Notes: generated by a model from the sequence alone, not told the origin. DNA of 64,000 bases from Methylacidiphilum caldifontis (GCA_945877805.1 CAMCSM010000004.1:1582-65581), one strand, 5' to 3'. Shown: positions 53,178 through 62,093, counted from the first letter of the stretch. Program-made: numbers and translations.

Positions 53178-54104
53178 ATGTCGAATCCGCTCGAACATTC
53201 GAAAGAGTGGGCGGCATGGGCCCCTGTTTCGGAGGGATGGAAGCCACTGCAAGGGCGATTTTATTCTGAGGGCTGGAGTATTGAATCTCACCAGTTTCAA
53301 AGTGCTCGCGAAATTAATTGGGCGGAGAGCTTTCATGGGAATGGCTTAGAGATCTGTTTTAATCTTTCCGGAATCGGGCGATTAAATGCGGGGAAGAGTG
53401 CCTTGGAGTTTTTACCGGGAACGGAGGGCTTTTATCGGGTCGATCCCGCCTCGATGCGAGGATCGAGAGTGGCTCAAGAGAATCATCATTTTGTAACGGT
53501 CGAGTTGACCTCAAATTATCTGAAAAAACATTTAGAACAGGAGATCGATCATCTTTATCCCGTCGTCCAAAAGGTCATGGAGGATAAAAAATCGACAGGG
53601 GAGCTTGGAATGACCCGTTCTTTGACGATGCCCCATCGTCTCCTCGCCTCCTCCTTGATGAATCCGCCGGTTCAAACCTCGGCACAGGGATTGTGGTACC
53701 AAGGAAAAGTTTTGGAGATTATCGCTGAGATTTTATATCTTCCCGTTCAAGAGGAGCTTTTTTGTGCCAGGCATAAGCGGGTCGCTCGGGATCGAGTGGA
53801 GGAGATGAAACGGTTATTAGAGTTGGATTTAGAGAATCCCCTTTCGTTAGAAGATTTAGGAAAAAAGATCGGCTGCAGTCCCTTTTATTTAAGCCGAACT
53901 TTTTCTCAGGAGACCGGAACGACGATGCCTCAGTATTTACGCTCTTTACGAATGGAAAAGGCGGCCGAATTCTTGCGAAGCGGAAAGTATAATGTCACCG
54001 AGGCGGCCCTTGCGGTGGGCTATAATAGTTTGAGTCATTTCAGTAAGGTTTTCAGTGAGGTTTTTGGAAAATGTCCCTGTGCCTTTCCTCTTAAACCGAA
54101 ATGA
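53178..54104 (+). CDS. AraC-family transcriptional regulator
   Basis: C-terminal double HTH: LSLEDLGKKIGCSPFYLSRTFSQETG...YLRSLRMEKAAEFL...NVTEAALAVGYNSLSHFSKVFSEVFG. Confidence 0.85.
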   Translation: MSNPLEHSKEWAAWAPVSEGWKPLQGRFYSEGWSIESHQFQSAREINWAESFHGNGLEICFNLSGIGRLNAGKSALEFLPGTEGFYRVDPASMRGSRVAQENHHFVTVELTSNYLKKHLEQEIDHLYPVVQKVMEDKKSTGELGMTRSLTMPHRLLASSLMNPPVQTSAQGLWYQGKVLEIIAEILYLPVQEELFCARHKRVARDRVEEMKRLLELDLENPLSLEDLGKKIGCSPFYLSRTFSQETGTTMPQYLRSLRMEKAAEFLRSGKYNVTEAALAVGYNSLSHFSKVFSEVFGKCPCAFPLKPK

Positions 54105-54202
54105 CTTTTAATCGCCAAAAGGATCGTGAAAACGATTAACCACTAACAGCGGAGCTGCTTGTAATTTTAGCTTGGAGGGTGGAAGAGGAGCAACATAAGT
54201 AC

Positions 54203-54282
54203 AACCCCGACAAAGAGTACTCCGACACTAAACTCGGAGCAGGCGGGGCAGGAATTCGCCAAGAATTTTAAACCACTTATCC
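54203..54282 (+). repeat. Copy of the 1467-1533 module carrying a 24-bp nested hairpin insertion
   Basis: aaccccgacaaagagtac[tccgacactaaactcggagcaggc]ggggcaggaattcgccaaga...tttaaaccacttat. The bracketed 24 bp are absent from the 1467-1533 copy. Confidence 0.8.
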
Positions 54283-54406
54283 TCACTTATTTTCACTAAT
54301 CCAAATCCTCAAAACAGTGAGAATTTCGATCTTGATCGAAATCAAAGCCATGAAACAAACGAATCTCGCAAACGCGTTTGTGAAGATCGTTTTTCTCATG
54401 ATTTTG

Positions 54407-54445
54407 GATTCGTTCCGGCAGCCGGACGAATCTTTACTGTTTTTA
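54407..54445 (+). terminator. Terminator-like hairpin with a T tract, about 300 bp from the nearest stop codon
   Basis: gattcgt(t)ccgg-ca-gccggacgaatc followed by tttactgttttta. Confidence 0.5.
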
Positions 54446-54449
54446 ATGC

Positions 54450-54548
54450 CTTTTCCTTTGTGACTTCGTGTCTTGGTGTGAGACGGGTATTTAATGTCTT
54501 CAATCAGTGTAAATTAGCGTCGATTAGCGGTTTCAATTCTTTGCCTTT
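54450..54548 (+). repeat. Module B, 99 bp
   Basis: 92/99 identical to 48733-48831. Confidence 0.88.
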
Positions 54549-54639
54549 AATCTGGCGTTTAATCCCTGCCTTTCCTCTGCGTTCCTCATCGCCCTCGGCG
54601 GTTTAAAAATGCCTTTAATGCCTTTTTCCCATCAGCCTG

Positions 54640-54790
54640 CTCGGATTGAGGCTAATTGACCGATGGACTGATTGGCTGTTGGGTTTAAACCGATCAGCCA
54701 AAAGTCACTTTGCGACTGTACAGCCCATTAGTCCATTAGCCTCTCTTCCTCTATCCGTGTTCATTCGTGTCCATCCGTGGTTAATTCGGT
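54640..54790 (+). repeat. Element R1, copy a (MITE-like palindromic core gaggctaat...attagcctc plus ccgtg-word tail)
   Basis: 54640-54748 is 109/109 identical to 56190-56298. The ends are imperfect inverted repeats: gaggctaattgaccgatggactgattggctgt against acagcccattagtccattagcctc. Confidence 0.9.
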
Positions 54791-54850
54791 ATTTTTCCTT
54801 TTTTCAATTGGCAGTTGTCAAAAGAATGTCTAATAACAACCCTTTCGCTT

Positions 54851-56068
54851 ATGGCCTTAATTGTACAAAAATATGGGGGAACCTCTGTTGGGAATCCAGA
54901 GAGGATCAAGAACGTTGCATCACGAGTCGCCGAATGGCGCGCTCGAGGGGATCAAGTCGTCGTCGTTGTTTCGGCGATGTCCGGAGTGACGGATGGATTG
55001 ATCAAATTGGCAAAAGAGGTATCCAGTGAACCGGCCGAACGGGAGATGGATATGCTTCTTTCGACCGGTGAGCAAACGACGATCGCGTTGACCGCCATGG
55101 CCCTGCAACAGATCGGAATACCGGCCGCTTCCCTGACGGGGGCTCAAGCAGGGATCGTGACCGATGGGGTCCACACACGGGCTCGGATCTCCAATATCAC
55201 TCCGAAACGAGTTCATGATCTTTTAAATGCCGGAAATGTCGTGATTGTCGCCGGATTTCAAGGACATACCGCAGAGGGGGCGATTACCACCTTAGGGCGA
55301 GGAGGATCAGATCTCACCGCCATCGCACTTGCGGCCGCGCTCAAGGCCGATCTTTGTCAGATTTATACCGATGTGGATGGCGTTTATACCGCCGATCCTC
55401 GACTTGTCCCCCACGCCTCGAAAATCGAGGAGATCTCGTATGATGAAATGCTGGAGTTAGCCAGTTTAGGGGCGAAGGTCATGCAGGCTCGCTCGGTGGA
55501 ATTTGCGAAGAAATTTAATGTCGTGTTTGAGGTAAGATCGAGTTTTAATAAAAATGCAGGAACGATTGTGAGAGAGGAGACAAAATCTATGGAAGAAGTC
55601 GTCGTACGAGGAGTGAGCTTGGAAAAGAATCAAGCGAAGGTAACGATTAATGGAGTTCCTGATCAACCGGGAGTCGCTGCCAAGATTTTTACTTTAATTG
55701 CCCAAGCCAATTTAAATATCGATATGATCGTTCAAAACGTTTCGATTCACGGAACCACCGATATTACCTTTACCTTAAACAAAGATGATTTAGCGAAGGC
55801 CCGCAAAACACTCGATCCTGTCGTCAAAGAGGTTAAAGCAAAGGAATTGATTGCACAAGAAGGGGTCTCCAAGCTTTCCGTTGTCGGAATTGGAATGCGT
55901 TCCCATAGCGGAGTCGCCTCGACCCTCTTCACCGCCTTAGCGAATGCGAAGATCAATGTTCAGATGATCTCGACCAGCGAAATTAAAATCTCGGTGATCA
56001 TCGACGAGGCCTCCGGCCCAGAGGCAACGAAGATCGTCCACGATGCCTTTCAGCTCGGAAAGAGTTAA
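54851..56068 (+). CDS. lysC: Aspartate kinase
   Basis: MALIVQKYGGTSVG, VVVVSAMSGVTD, RGGSD.TA..LAAAL and two C-terminal ACT domains. I prefer the ATG at 54851 because the track start at 54815 adds 12 atypical residues. Confidence 0.9.
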   Translation: MALIVQKYGGTSVGNPERIKNVASRVAEWRARGDQVVVVVSAMSGVTDGLIKLAKEVSSEPAEREMDMLLSTGEQTTIALTAMALQQIGIPAASLTGAQAGIVTDGVHTRARISNITPKRVHDLLNAGNVVIVAGFQGHTAEGAITTLGRGGSDLTAIALAAALKADLCQIYTDVDGVYTADPRLVPHASKIEEISYDEMLELASLGAKVMQARSVEFAKKFNVVFEVRSSFNKNAGTIVREETKSMEEVVVRGVSLEKNQAKVTINGVPDQPGVAAKIFTLIAQANLNIDMIVQNVSIHGTTDITFTLNKDDLAKARKTLDPVVKEVKAKELIAQEGVSKLSVVGIGMRSHSGVASTLFTALANAKINVQMISTSEIKISVIIDEASGPEATKIVHDAFQLGKS

Positions 56069-56160
56069 CTCAGATTCGTCATGAGAGATCGTTTCTCATG
56101 CAATACATTGAGTTAAACTTAAAACTCCTTAAACCACTTATCTACGCTCATTTTAGGAAG

Positions 56161-56186
56161 GCCGAATAGCCGAATAGCCGAATAGC
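56161..56186 (+). repeat. Tandem octamer (gccgaata) x3
   Basis: gccgaatagccgaatagccgaatagc, directly abutting R1 copy b. Related ATAGC words occur at 48612-48655, 44718-44742 and 31654-31682. Confidence 0.9.
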
Positions 56187-56189
56187 TCA

Positions 56190-56325
56190 CTCGGATTGAG
56201 GCTAATTGACCGATGGACTGATTGGCTGTTGGGTTTAAACCGATCAGCCAAAAGTCACTTTGCGACTGTACAGCCCATTAGTCCATTAGCCTCTCTTCTC
56301 CGCCTCTTCCTCTATCCGTGTTTAT
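56190..56325 (+). repeat. Element R1, copy b
   Basis: Identical to copy a over 109 bp, then carries an 11-bp insertion (tccgcctcttc) that the third copy shares with one mismatch (cccgcctcttc). Confidence 0.9.
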
Positions 56326-56365
56326 CCCATTTCTTGCATTGGGAATGGATATTCCTCACAAACGA

Positions 56366-56500
56366 TATCACCAAAATGGTGATAAAAAATGGAGGGGCAC
56401 AGGCTCTGTGCCTCATCGGACGGGGAAGGCAGTGGGCCACTGCCCCTCCAGTTCTAATGACGAATCTGGGTTTATCAGTGTCCATCCGTGGTTCCAACTG
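56366..56500. repeat. Second copy of the M2-bearing element (inverted relative to 27510-27657)
   Basis: M2 at 56391-56449. The flanking hairpin atcacc-aaaa-tggtgat corresponds to tcaccc-aaa-gggtga in copy 1. The flank cgaatctgggttta corresponds to cgaatctaggttta. It ends in atccgtggttccaactgcttttt, the reverse complement of 37525-37547. Confidence 0.8.
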
Positions 56501-56602
56501 CTTTTTCTGTTTTGAACGGGATCGACCTCGAATAGTCGAGTAAAAAGGGGAAATTTTCACTTTTTGACCCCCTTTTACAAAGTTTTGAAGAAAGTTCTCT
56601 AT

Positions 56603-56620
56603 TTGTCATGAAACTGTAAC
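56603..56620 (+). promoter_or_regulatory. Pho-box-like direct repeat
   Basis: TTGTCAT-GAAA-CTGTAAC against the E. coli-type consensus CTGTCAT-AWAW-CTGTCAY. It lies 84 bp upstream of the porin ATG, at the head of the porin-pstSCAB-phoU cluster. Confidence 0.5.
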
Positions 56621-56703
56621 AATCGGCTGCTTAGTTCTTGGTGCTTTCAAAGGGCTTTCTGATGAGAAGGGGATGAAGGCATATAAAAACAACAAGGAGA
56701 AAT

Positions 56704-58086
56704 ATGAAAAAAACATTTAAAAAGATGACCGCGTTGGCGGTAGCTTTTGCTGCGATGACCTTCGCGGCAGTCGCTCAAGATAGCGGGGCGCTCGTTGAAG
56801 CCCTCGTGAAGAAGGGAATTCTCTCGGATCAAGAAGCAGAAGAAATTCGCGCCGATTTGACCAAAGAATTCGGACAAACCCCTGCTGGAAAATTAAATTT
56901 GAACAGCGCGGTCACTCAATTGAAATTGTATGGCGATACTCGTGTTCGTTATACAACGGAAAGTTCCCGTACTAAAAACGGACATGAGCTGTCAACCCAA
57001 AATCGGGAGCAACTTCGTTACCGCGTCCGTTTAGGGGCAGAGTACTCCTTCGTTGATAACTTCAAAGCGGGAGTCGCATTCACAACAGGAACAGCAAATG
57101 ACTCTGGTAATTCCACTTTTGGAAACGGAACAGACGGAGCATTCGGTAAATCAAGTGCAAACGATGCGATCGTTGTTGATCTCGCTTACCTCCAATATGA
57201 CCCAGTCATGTTTGATTCAAGCGTGAAGACATCGCTTTTCGTTGGTCGTCATAAAAAGACCTTTGAACTCGACTGGATCAACTTTGATGGCGATATCAAT
57301 GTTGAAGGAGCTGGCGAAAAAGTCTCTTGGGAGTTGAACAAGAATTTCAACTTTGGATATAACGGAGGTCAGTACCTTTATGAAGATACCACCAATCAAG
57401 GGACGAACAACACCAATACAACTCGTCACGATACTTGGCTTTTGGTTAACCAAGTGGTTGCCGAATACAAGGTCAATAAAGATTTGAGCTTCAAAGTCTC
57501 TCCGATGATGATGGATATGGTGAACCAAACCAGCCCTGATTCTGGTGCTACTGGTGCGAGCACGACAATCGCTGGATATGGAAGCATTCTCTTTGTTCCT
57601 TTGGAAGCAAAGTTCAAACTTTGGAATACACAATTCCGTCCTTACTACATCTACAGTCACAACTTTGAGTCTGAAGAGGCTCTATTAGCAGCGCAATCGC
57701 TTCGCCGAGACAACGTCACTGTTGATCGTAATAACGCCGATCAAAGCGACAGTCACACCTTCGGATTCGAAGCCGGTGAGTTGAAGAAGAAAAAAGATTG
57801 GCAAGTGGGTCTCTATTATATCCACCGCGAAGCTTTTGCTTCTAATAACGACCTCGTCGATTCCGATTGGGCGCTTCAACGTTCGAACATGAAGGGCTAT
57901 GCTGTGAAGGCTGGTTATATGCTCACGGATAACGTTTCATTGAATGCGGCTTATCTGACCGGTGATACGCTTCAAGATCATATCTTCCCGAATAATGTTG
58001 TTGGCGGTGCAGCAAGCAACACAAATCAAATTGCAGATCGAAGCAGAGTTGAAGTATTTCAACTTGACGTGAATTGGAAATTCTAA
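56704..58086 (+). CDS. Outer-membrane porin, probably phosphate-selective (OprO/P-like) by context
   Basis: Signal peptide MKKTFKKMTALAVAFAAMTFAAVAQ, alternating beta-strand-like sequence, and a C-terminal ...LDVNWKF (terminal Phe). It lies directly upstream of pstS. Confidence 0.6.
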   Translation: MKKTFKKMTALAVAFAAMTFAAVAQDSGALVEALVKKGILSDQEAEEIRADLTKEFGQTPAGKLNLNSAVTQLKLYGDTRVRYTTESSRTKNGHELSTQNREQLRYRVRLGAEYSFVDNFKAGVAFTTGTANDSGNSTFGNGTDGAFGKSSANDAIVVDLAYLQYDPVMFDSSVKTSLFVGRHKKTFELDWINFDGDINVEGAGEKVSWELNKNFNFGYNGGQYLYEDTTNQGTNNTNTTRHDTWLLVNQVVAEYKVNKDLSFKVSPMMMDMVNQTSPDSGATGASTTIAGYGSILFVPLEAKFKLWNTQFRPYYIYSHNFESEEALLAAQSLRRDNVTVDRNNADQSDSHTFGFEAGELKKKKDWQVGLYYIHREAFASNNDLVDSDWALQRSNMKGYAVKAGYMLTDNVSLNAAYLTGDTLQDHIFPNNVVGGAASNTNQIADRSRVEVFQLDVNWKF

Positions 58087-58117
58087 TCAACGTTTGATTT
58101 AAAAAATCAATAAAAAA

Positions 58118-58145
58118 CCCCCGGTGAGCGGAAACTCACCGGGGG
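58118..58145. terminator. GC-rich 11-bp hairpin after the porin gene
   Basis: cccccggtgag-cggaaa-ctcaccggggg, flanked by A-runs on both sides. There is no U tract on the plus strand, so its terminator function is uncertain. Confidence 0.5.
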
Positions 58146-58237
58146 TCTAAAAAAACAAATGAATTGCTTTTGAACGAACAAAAACGATTCTGCTGTTTCA
58201 GTAAACAAAAATCAATCAAGGAATTGTTACATTTTTT

Positions 58238-59047
58238 ATGAAAAAACTTTTTACACTCTCATTGGCTGCTTTGATGACCCTTTCGTTCATCCAAGCTGAA
58301 AAATTGGTCATCAAAGGTTCTGACACTCTTGGAGCTAAACTCGTTCCTCAGCTCGCAGAGGCTTTCAAGGCTGCGAACCCTGGAACAACGTTCGAAATCG
58401 CTGCTGAAGGTTCAACCACCGGTATCGCTGCGATCACCGACGGAACTGCTGATATCGGGATGTCCTCCCGCCGTGCAAAGCCGACTGAAATGTCGGCTGC
58501 GACTGCAAAGGGCGTCAGCATGAAGCCGACGATCGTTTGTTATGATGGAATCGGAATTGTGGTCAATGCTGCTAGTCCTCTTAAAGGACTCACAAAGTCA
58601 CAAGTTGAAAAGATCTTCACTGGTGATGTAACGGATTGGAGTGCTGTTGGTGCTCCTGCTGGTGCAATCTCGATCTATACTCGTAATACCTCCTCTGGTA
58701 CTTATTCCGATTTCAAGGAATTAGCGATGAAGAAACGGGATTATGCAGGAAGTTCACAAAAGATGGCCGGTAACGAACAGATCGTTGCTGAAGTCTCCAA
58801 GAACAAAAACGGAATCGGTTATGTTGGCATGGCCTACATCAAAGAGGCAGGAATTAAAGTCCTTCCTGTCGATGGTGCGGTTCCTTCCAAAGCCTCTGTT
58901 TTAGGGAAATCCTATCCTTATGCTCGTCCAACTTTCTTCTACACCAACGGTGATGCCGCTGGTTTGGCTGCTAAGTTCATCGAATTCACGCACTCTGCTC
59001 CTGGGATGAAGATTACGGAGCAAGTCGGATTTGTTCCTGTCAAATAA
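58238..59047 (+). CDS. pstS: Phosphate ABC transporter substrate-binding protein
   Basis: Signal peptide, IKGSDTLG, GSTTGIAAITDGTADIGMSSR and YPYARPTFFY (PstS/PBP-like 2 family). Confidence 0.88.
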   Translation: MKKLFTLSLAALMTLSFIQAEKLVIKGSDTLGAKLVPQLAEAFKAANPGTTFEIAAEGSTTGIAAITDGTADIGMSSRRAKPTEMSAATAKGVSMKPTIVCYDGIGIVVNAASPLKGLTKSQVEKIFTGDVTDWSAVGAPAGAISIYTRNTSSGTYSDFKELAMKKRDYAGSSQKMAGNEQIVAEVSKNKNGIGYVGMAYIKEAGIKVLPVDGAVPSKASVLGKSYPYARPTFFYTNGDAAGLAAKFIEFTHSAPGMKITEQVGFVPVK

Positions 59048-59164
59048 TTTTCATTTTCGGGTGGTTTGTTTGAATTGATGGAGAACTCACTTCTCTTTTG
59101 ATGAGTGCAAGCCGCCTGAGAGAAAATGAAAATGCTTTAGAAGATCGTTATTTCTCCTGTTGTA

Positions 59165-59200
59165 AAAAAACCGGGCCGAGTCCAACCCTCGGCCGGTTTT
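59165..59200. terminator. Bidirectional-type rho-independent terminator after pstS
   Basis: aaaaaaa-ccgggccgag-tccaacc-ctcggccgg-tttt. Confidence 0.7.
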
Positions 59201-59442
59201 AGATCTTAAATAAAGTTCGGAGCAATCTATTAGAGAAGATAAAACAATATCTCTTAGGAAAGCAGGAAATCAGGAAAAGAGTCCCGATAAAAATAGGGAT
59301 ACGAAGACTTGGAAATTAAAATTGTTTTTTTCATGCTTTCCTGCATTCCTTAGAGATTTTGGCGTTTAAGTATTGTTATCTGTAAAAAATGGGGTTACTT
59401 CGGAGGGGGATTCGAGGAGTATAAACTCAAAGAGAAACTATT

Positions 59443-61047
59443 ATGCCGATTGAACAACCTACAGCTAAGAAGATGCCGGTGAATAAGATGCCGATAGCCG
59501 AAGCTTTGCGTACGGTGCAACGGCCTACGTTTTTGGGCATCACCTTTGATGATGCGATGCATTATTTTTTTCGCGGAAATGCAACGGTCTCGATCCTTGT
59601 TTTGTTTTTGATCGTTATCTTTTTATTTAAAGAGGGGGGCGGTTTTTTTAGTCAGAATGTTCAGAATTTGGAGATCTACCGTAAGGCCGGGCTTGAGTAT
59701 GTCGATATTGTTCGAACCCGAGTCGATAATCATCGGACCTTAGGACGTTTTTTAGGGGAACTACGCACGAAACAACTTAATCTTCTCCATGGCGATGAAA
59801 GTGCCCTAGCCGGTTATGATGCGGCCGTTGAGCGTTTTTCAGTAACGATTGATGAGTATCAAGGATTTGTCTCTGAGTATACTGAGGTCGCTACGGGGAT
59901 TAAGGAGAAGTTTAAAATTGGTTTGGACATGGAGGTGGCAAAGCAAAACTTCCAAAGAGAGGGAAAATTTGAGGAATCGGGGAAGATTGTAATCCCTGAA
60001 ATTGATTTTGCTACAGAAACTCAGATTTTTCGGGATTCGGTCCCACAAATCAAAGTTATCGACGAAAAGTTTCATACGGAAGTGAATGCCTCGCTGGAAT
60101 CTTTTCCTGCGATGCCCTCTGTCGAGTTACAGCCGCAACTGGAGAAGTTTAAAGAATTAGTAAAGCTTCATCAAGAGGATGTCCGGACGATGGAGAAGAG
60201 TTTAACGGAGTGGAATTGGCAAAAACCGATTCCTTGGTACGAAACATTCACCTCCTTTATTTTTGGACGGAATTGGTTAACGGCCAGTTTTTGGCAAGAT
60301 TGGTACGGGATCATTCCGTTATTTGTCGGCTCTTTGATTATTGCGATTTTGTCAATCGCGATAGCCGTTCCCTTCGCCATTGGTGCGGCGATCTATGTGA
60401 ATCAAGTCGCCACTCGACATGAACAAAATTTGATCAAGCCGTATATTGAGTTCGTTTCCGCGGTACCTTCGGTTGTTTGGGGTTTCTTTGGGATTGCAGT
60501 GGTTGGTCAGCTGATCCGTACCGTCTCAGAACTTGGTGTCGTCTCTTGGGTGCCTTTTTTTCCGATTGCAGAACGTTTGAATATTGCGACCGCTTCCTGT
60601 CTTTTGGCGATCATGGCGATTCCGACGATCTTTAGTCTTGCAGAGGATGCGATTCAAAATGTGCCAAATGCTTATACGGAGTCCTCCCTGGCTTTAGGAG
60701 CGACAAAATTTCAGACAATCTGGATTATTATGATTCCCTCCGCACTCTCTGGAATTGTTTCTGCGATCATTCTTGGGCTGGGACGAGTGATTGGTGAGAC
60801 GATGGTCGTGTTGCTTTGTTCGGGAGGTCGAATTCAAATTCCTGATTTTTCTAAGGGACTTGGAATTTTCTTCCAACCCGTGCATACGATGACCGGAATT
60901 ATTGCTCAAGAGATGGGGGAAGTGGCTAATGGAGCGATTCACTATCGGGCCTTGTTTATGGTCGGAATTGTCCTCTTTTTTATCTCACTCCTTTTGAACT
61001 ATGCGGCACAACAGGTCGTGAAACGCTATAAAATTTCGATCGGATAA
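59443..61047 (+). CDS. pstC: Phosphate ABC transporter permease PstC (long form with a large periplasmic loop)
   Basis: The C-terminal ~250 aa carry the PstC core (EDAIQNVPNAYTESSLALGATKFQTIWIIMIPSALSGI). The N-terminus has a TM helix and a loop of about 230 aa. Confidence 0.85.
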   Translation: MPIEQPTAKKMPVNKMPIAEALRTVQRPTFLGITFDDAMHYFFRGNATVSILVLFLIVIFLFKEGGGFFSQNVQNLEIYRKAGLEYVDIVRTRVDNHRTLGRFLGELRTKQLNLLHGDESALAGYDAAVERFSVTIDEYQGFVSEYTEVATGIKEKFKIGLDMEVAKQNFQREGKFEESGKIVIPEIDFATETQIFRDSVPQIKVIDEKFHTEVNASLESFPAMPSVELQPQLEKFKELVKLHQEDVRTMEKSLTEWNWQKPIPWYETFTSFIFGRNWLTASFWQDWYGIIPLFVGSLIIAILSIAIAVPFAIGAAIYVNQVATRHEQNLIKPYIEFVSAVPSVVWGFFGIAVVGQLIRTVSELGVVSWVPFFPIAERLNIATASCLLAIMAIPTIFSLAEDAIQNVPNAYTESSLALGATKFQTIWIIMIPSALSGIVSAIILGLGRVIGETMVVLLCSGGRIQIPDFSKGLGIFFQPVHTMTGIIAQEMGEVANGAIHYRALFMVGIVLFFISLLLNYAAQQVVKRYKISIG

Positions 61048-61058
61048 AGGAGTTTTTT

Positions 61059-62090
61059 ATGGAACATGCATTTTCAAATCGACCGACGAAGGCAAAAACG
61101 ACGCAGAATATCGCTTTCTGGATTATGAGATCGATGACCTACACGATTGTGATTCTCGCAACGCTGATTTTTGGGACGATTTTTATAAAAGGGGGGTCGA
61201 CTGTTTTTCAAACTTCATTTCCCTTTGTGAATACCACCTTTCTATTTAGCAAACCGGAAACCTTGCACGTTGTGACGAGTGATGGAAATAAATTGCAGAT
61301 GGGGGACAAAGAATGGCGAGCTTATAGCGAAAAAAATCCAGAGGCTGTCATTGAGGATCATAAGACCTATGTTTATTCAGCAGGCGGTATTTTTCCCTGT
61401 ATTGTCGGAACAGTTCTTCTTGTTTTAGGGTCGATGACGATTGCCTTAACTTTAGGGGTCATGAGTGCCATTTATTTAAGTGAGTACAGCAAACATGGAT
61501 TGTTTATTGAATGGGTTCGAATCTCGATTGCGAACCTTGCAGGGGTTCCTTCGATTGTTTTTGGTCTTTTCGGCTATGGAATCTTTGTGATCTTTTTCGG
61601 GTGGAATGTTTCCCTTTTATCGGGATGGTTTACCTTAGCCTTCATGGTCTTACCGGTGATTATCACCTCGAGTGAAGAGGCGATGCGAGCGGTTCCTAAG
61701 GGGTTTCGCGAAGGCTCCTTAGCTCTTGGGGCGACGAAGTGGCAGACGATCACCGGCAATGTCCTTCCTTATGCTATTCCTGGAATTTTGACCTCCTCTG
61801 TATTAAGTATTTCACGGGTTGCGGGGGAAACGGCACCGATCATGTTTACAGCTGCCTATGTGGTGCGCGATGAGCTCCCTTGGGAGGTGAGTAAGCTTTC
61901 CGATTTCTTTTTACAGGGAGTTCAGGCTCTTCCTTATCATATTTATGTGGTGAGTTCAAAAATTCCTCAGAACGAGTATACGGCTCGGGTTCAATGGGGA
62001 GGGGCTTTCGTTTTTCTAGTGGTCGTGTTAGCGATTGCGATGACCTCTGTCGTGATGCGGTCAAAAATGCGGCAAAAATACCGGTGGTAA
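61059..62090 (+). CDS. pstA: Phosphate ABC transporter permease PstA
   Basis: EEAMRAVPKGFREGSLALGATKWQTITGNVLPYAIPGILT (the EAA loop) and GETAPIMFTA. Confidence 0.88.
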   Translation: MEHAFSNRPTKAKTTQNIAFWIMRSMTYTIVILATLIFGTIFIKGGSTVFQTSFPFVNTTFLFSKPETLHVVTSDGNKLQMGDKEWRAYSEKNPEAVIEDHKTYVYSAGGIFPCIVGTVLLVLGSMTIALTLGVMSAIYLSEYSKHGLFIEWVRISIANLAGVPSIVFGLFGYGIFVIFFGWNVSLLSGWFTLAFMVLPVIITSSEEAMRAVPKGFREGSLALGATKWQTITGNVLPYAIPGILTSSVLSISRVAGETAPIMFTAAYVVRDELPWEVSKLSDFFLQGVQALPYHIYVVSSKIPQNEYTARVQWGGAFVFLVVVLAIAMTSVVMRSKMRQKYRW

Positions 62091-62093
62091 AAA

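Noticed and set aside
54640-54850. Lysine riboswitch (L-box) in the lysC leader
   Set aside because: The structured sequence upstream of lysC is R1, which recurs downstream of lysC and near phoU, so it is not a lysC-specific leader. I could not see the conserved L-box core features by eye. A cmsearch with the Rfam Lysine model would settle it.
54646-55029. 127-aa ORF starting MRLIDRWTDWLLGLNRSAKSHFATVQPISPLASL, and its twin at 56196..56543
   Set aside because: The identical N-termini are simply the translation of the R1 repeat. The first ORF then overlaps lysC out of frame. They are not genes.
56161-56186. CRISPR-like or other short tandem arrays (gccgaata x3, and stuttered words elsewhere)
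   Set aside because: The period is 8-10 nt with no unique spacers, there are at most 3 units, and no cas genes are present. This is not CRISPR.
58087-58237. A second Pho box upstream of pstS
   Set aside because: I could see only isolated half-sites (TTGTTAC, CTGTTTC) without the 11-bp-phased partner. That is too weak to call.
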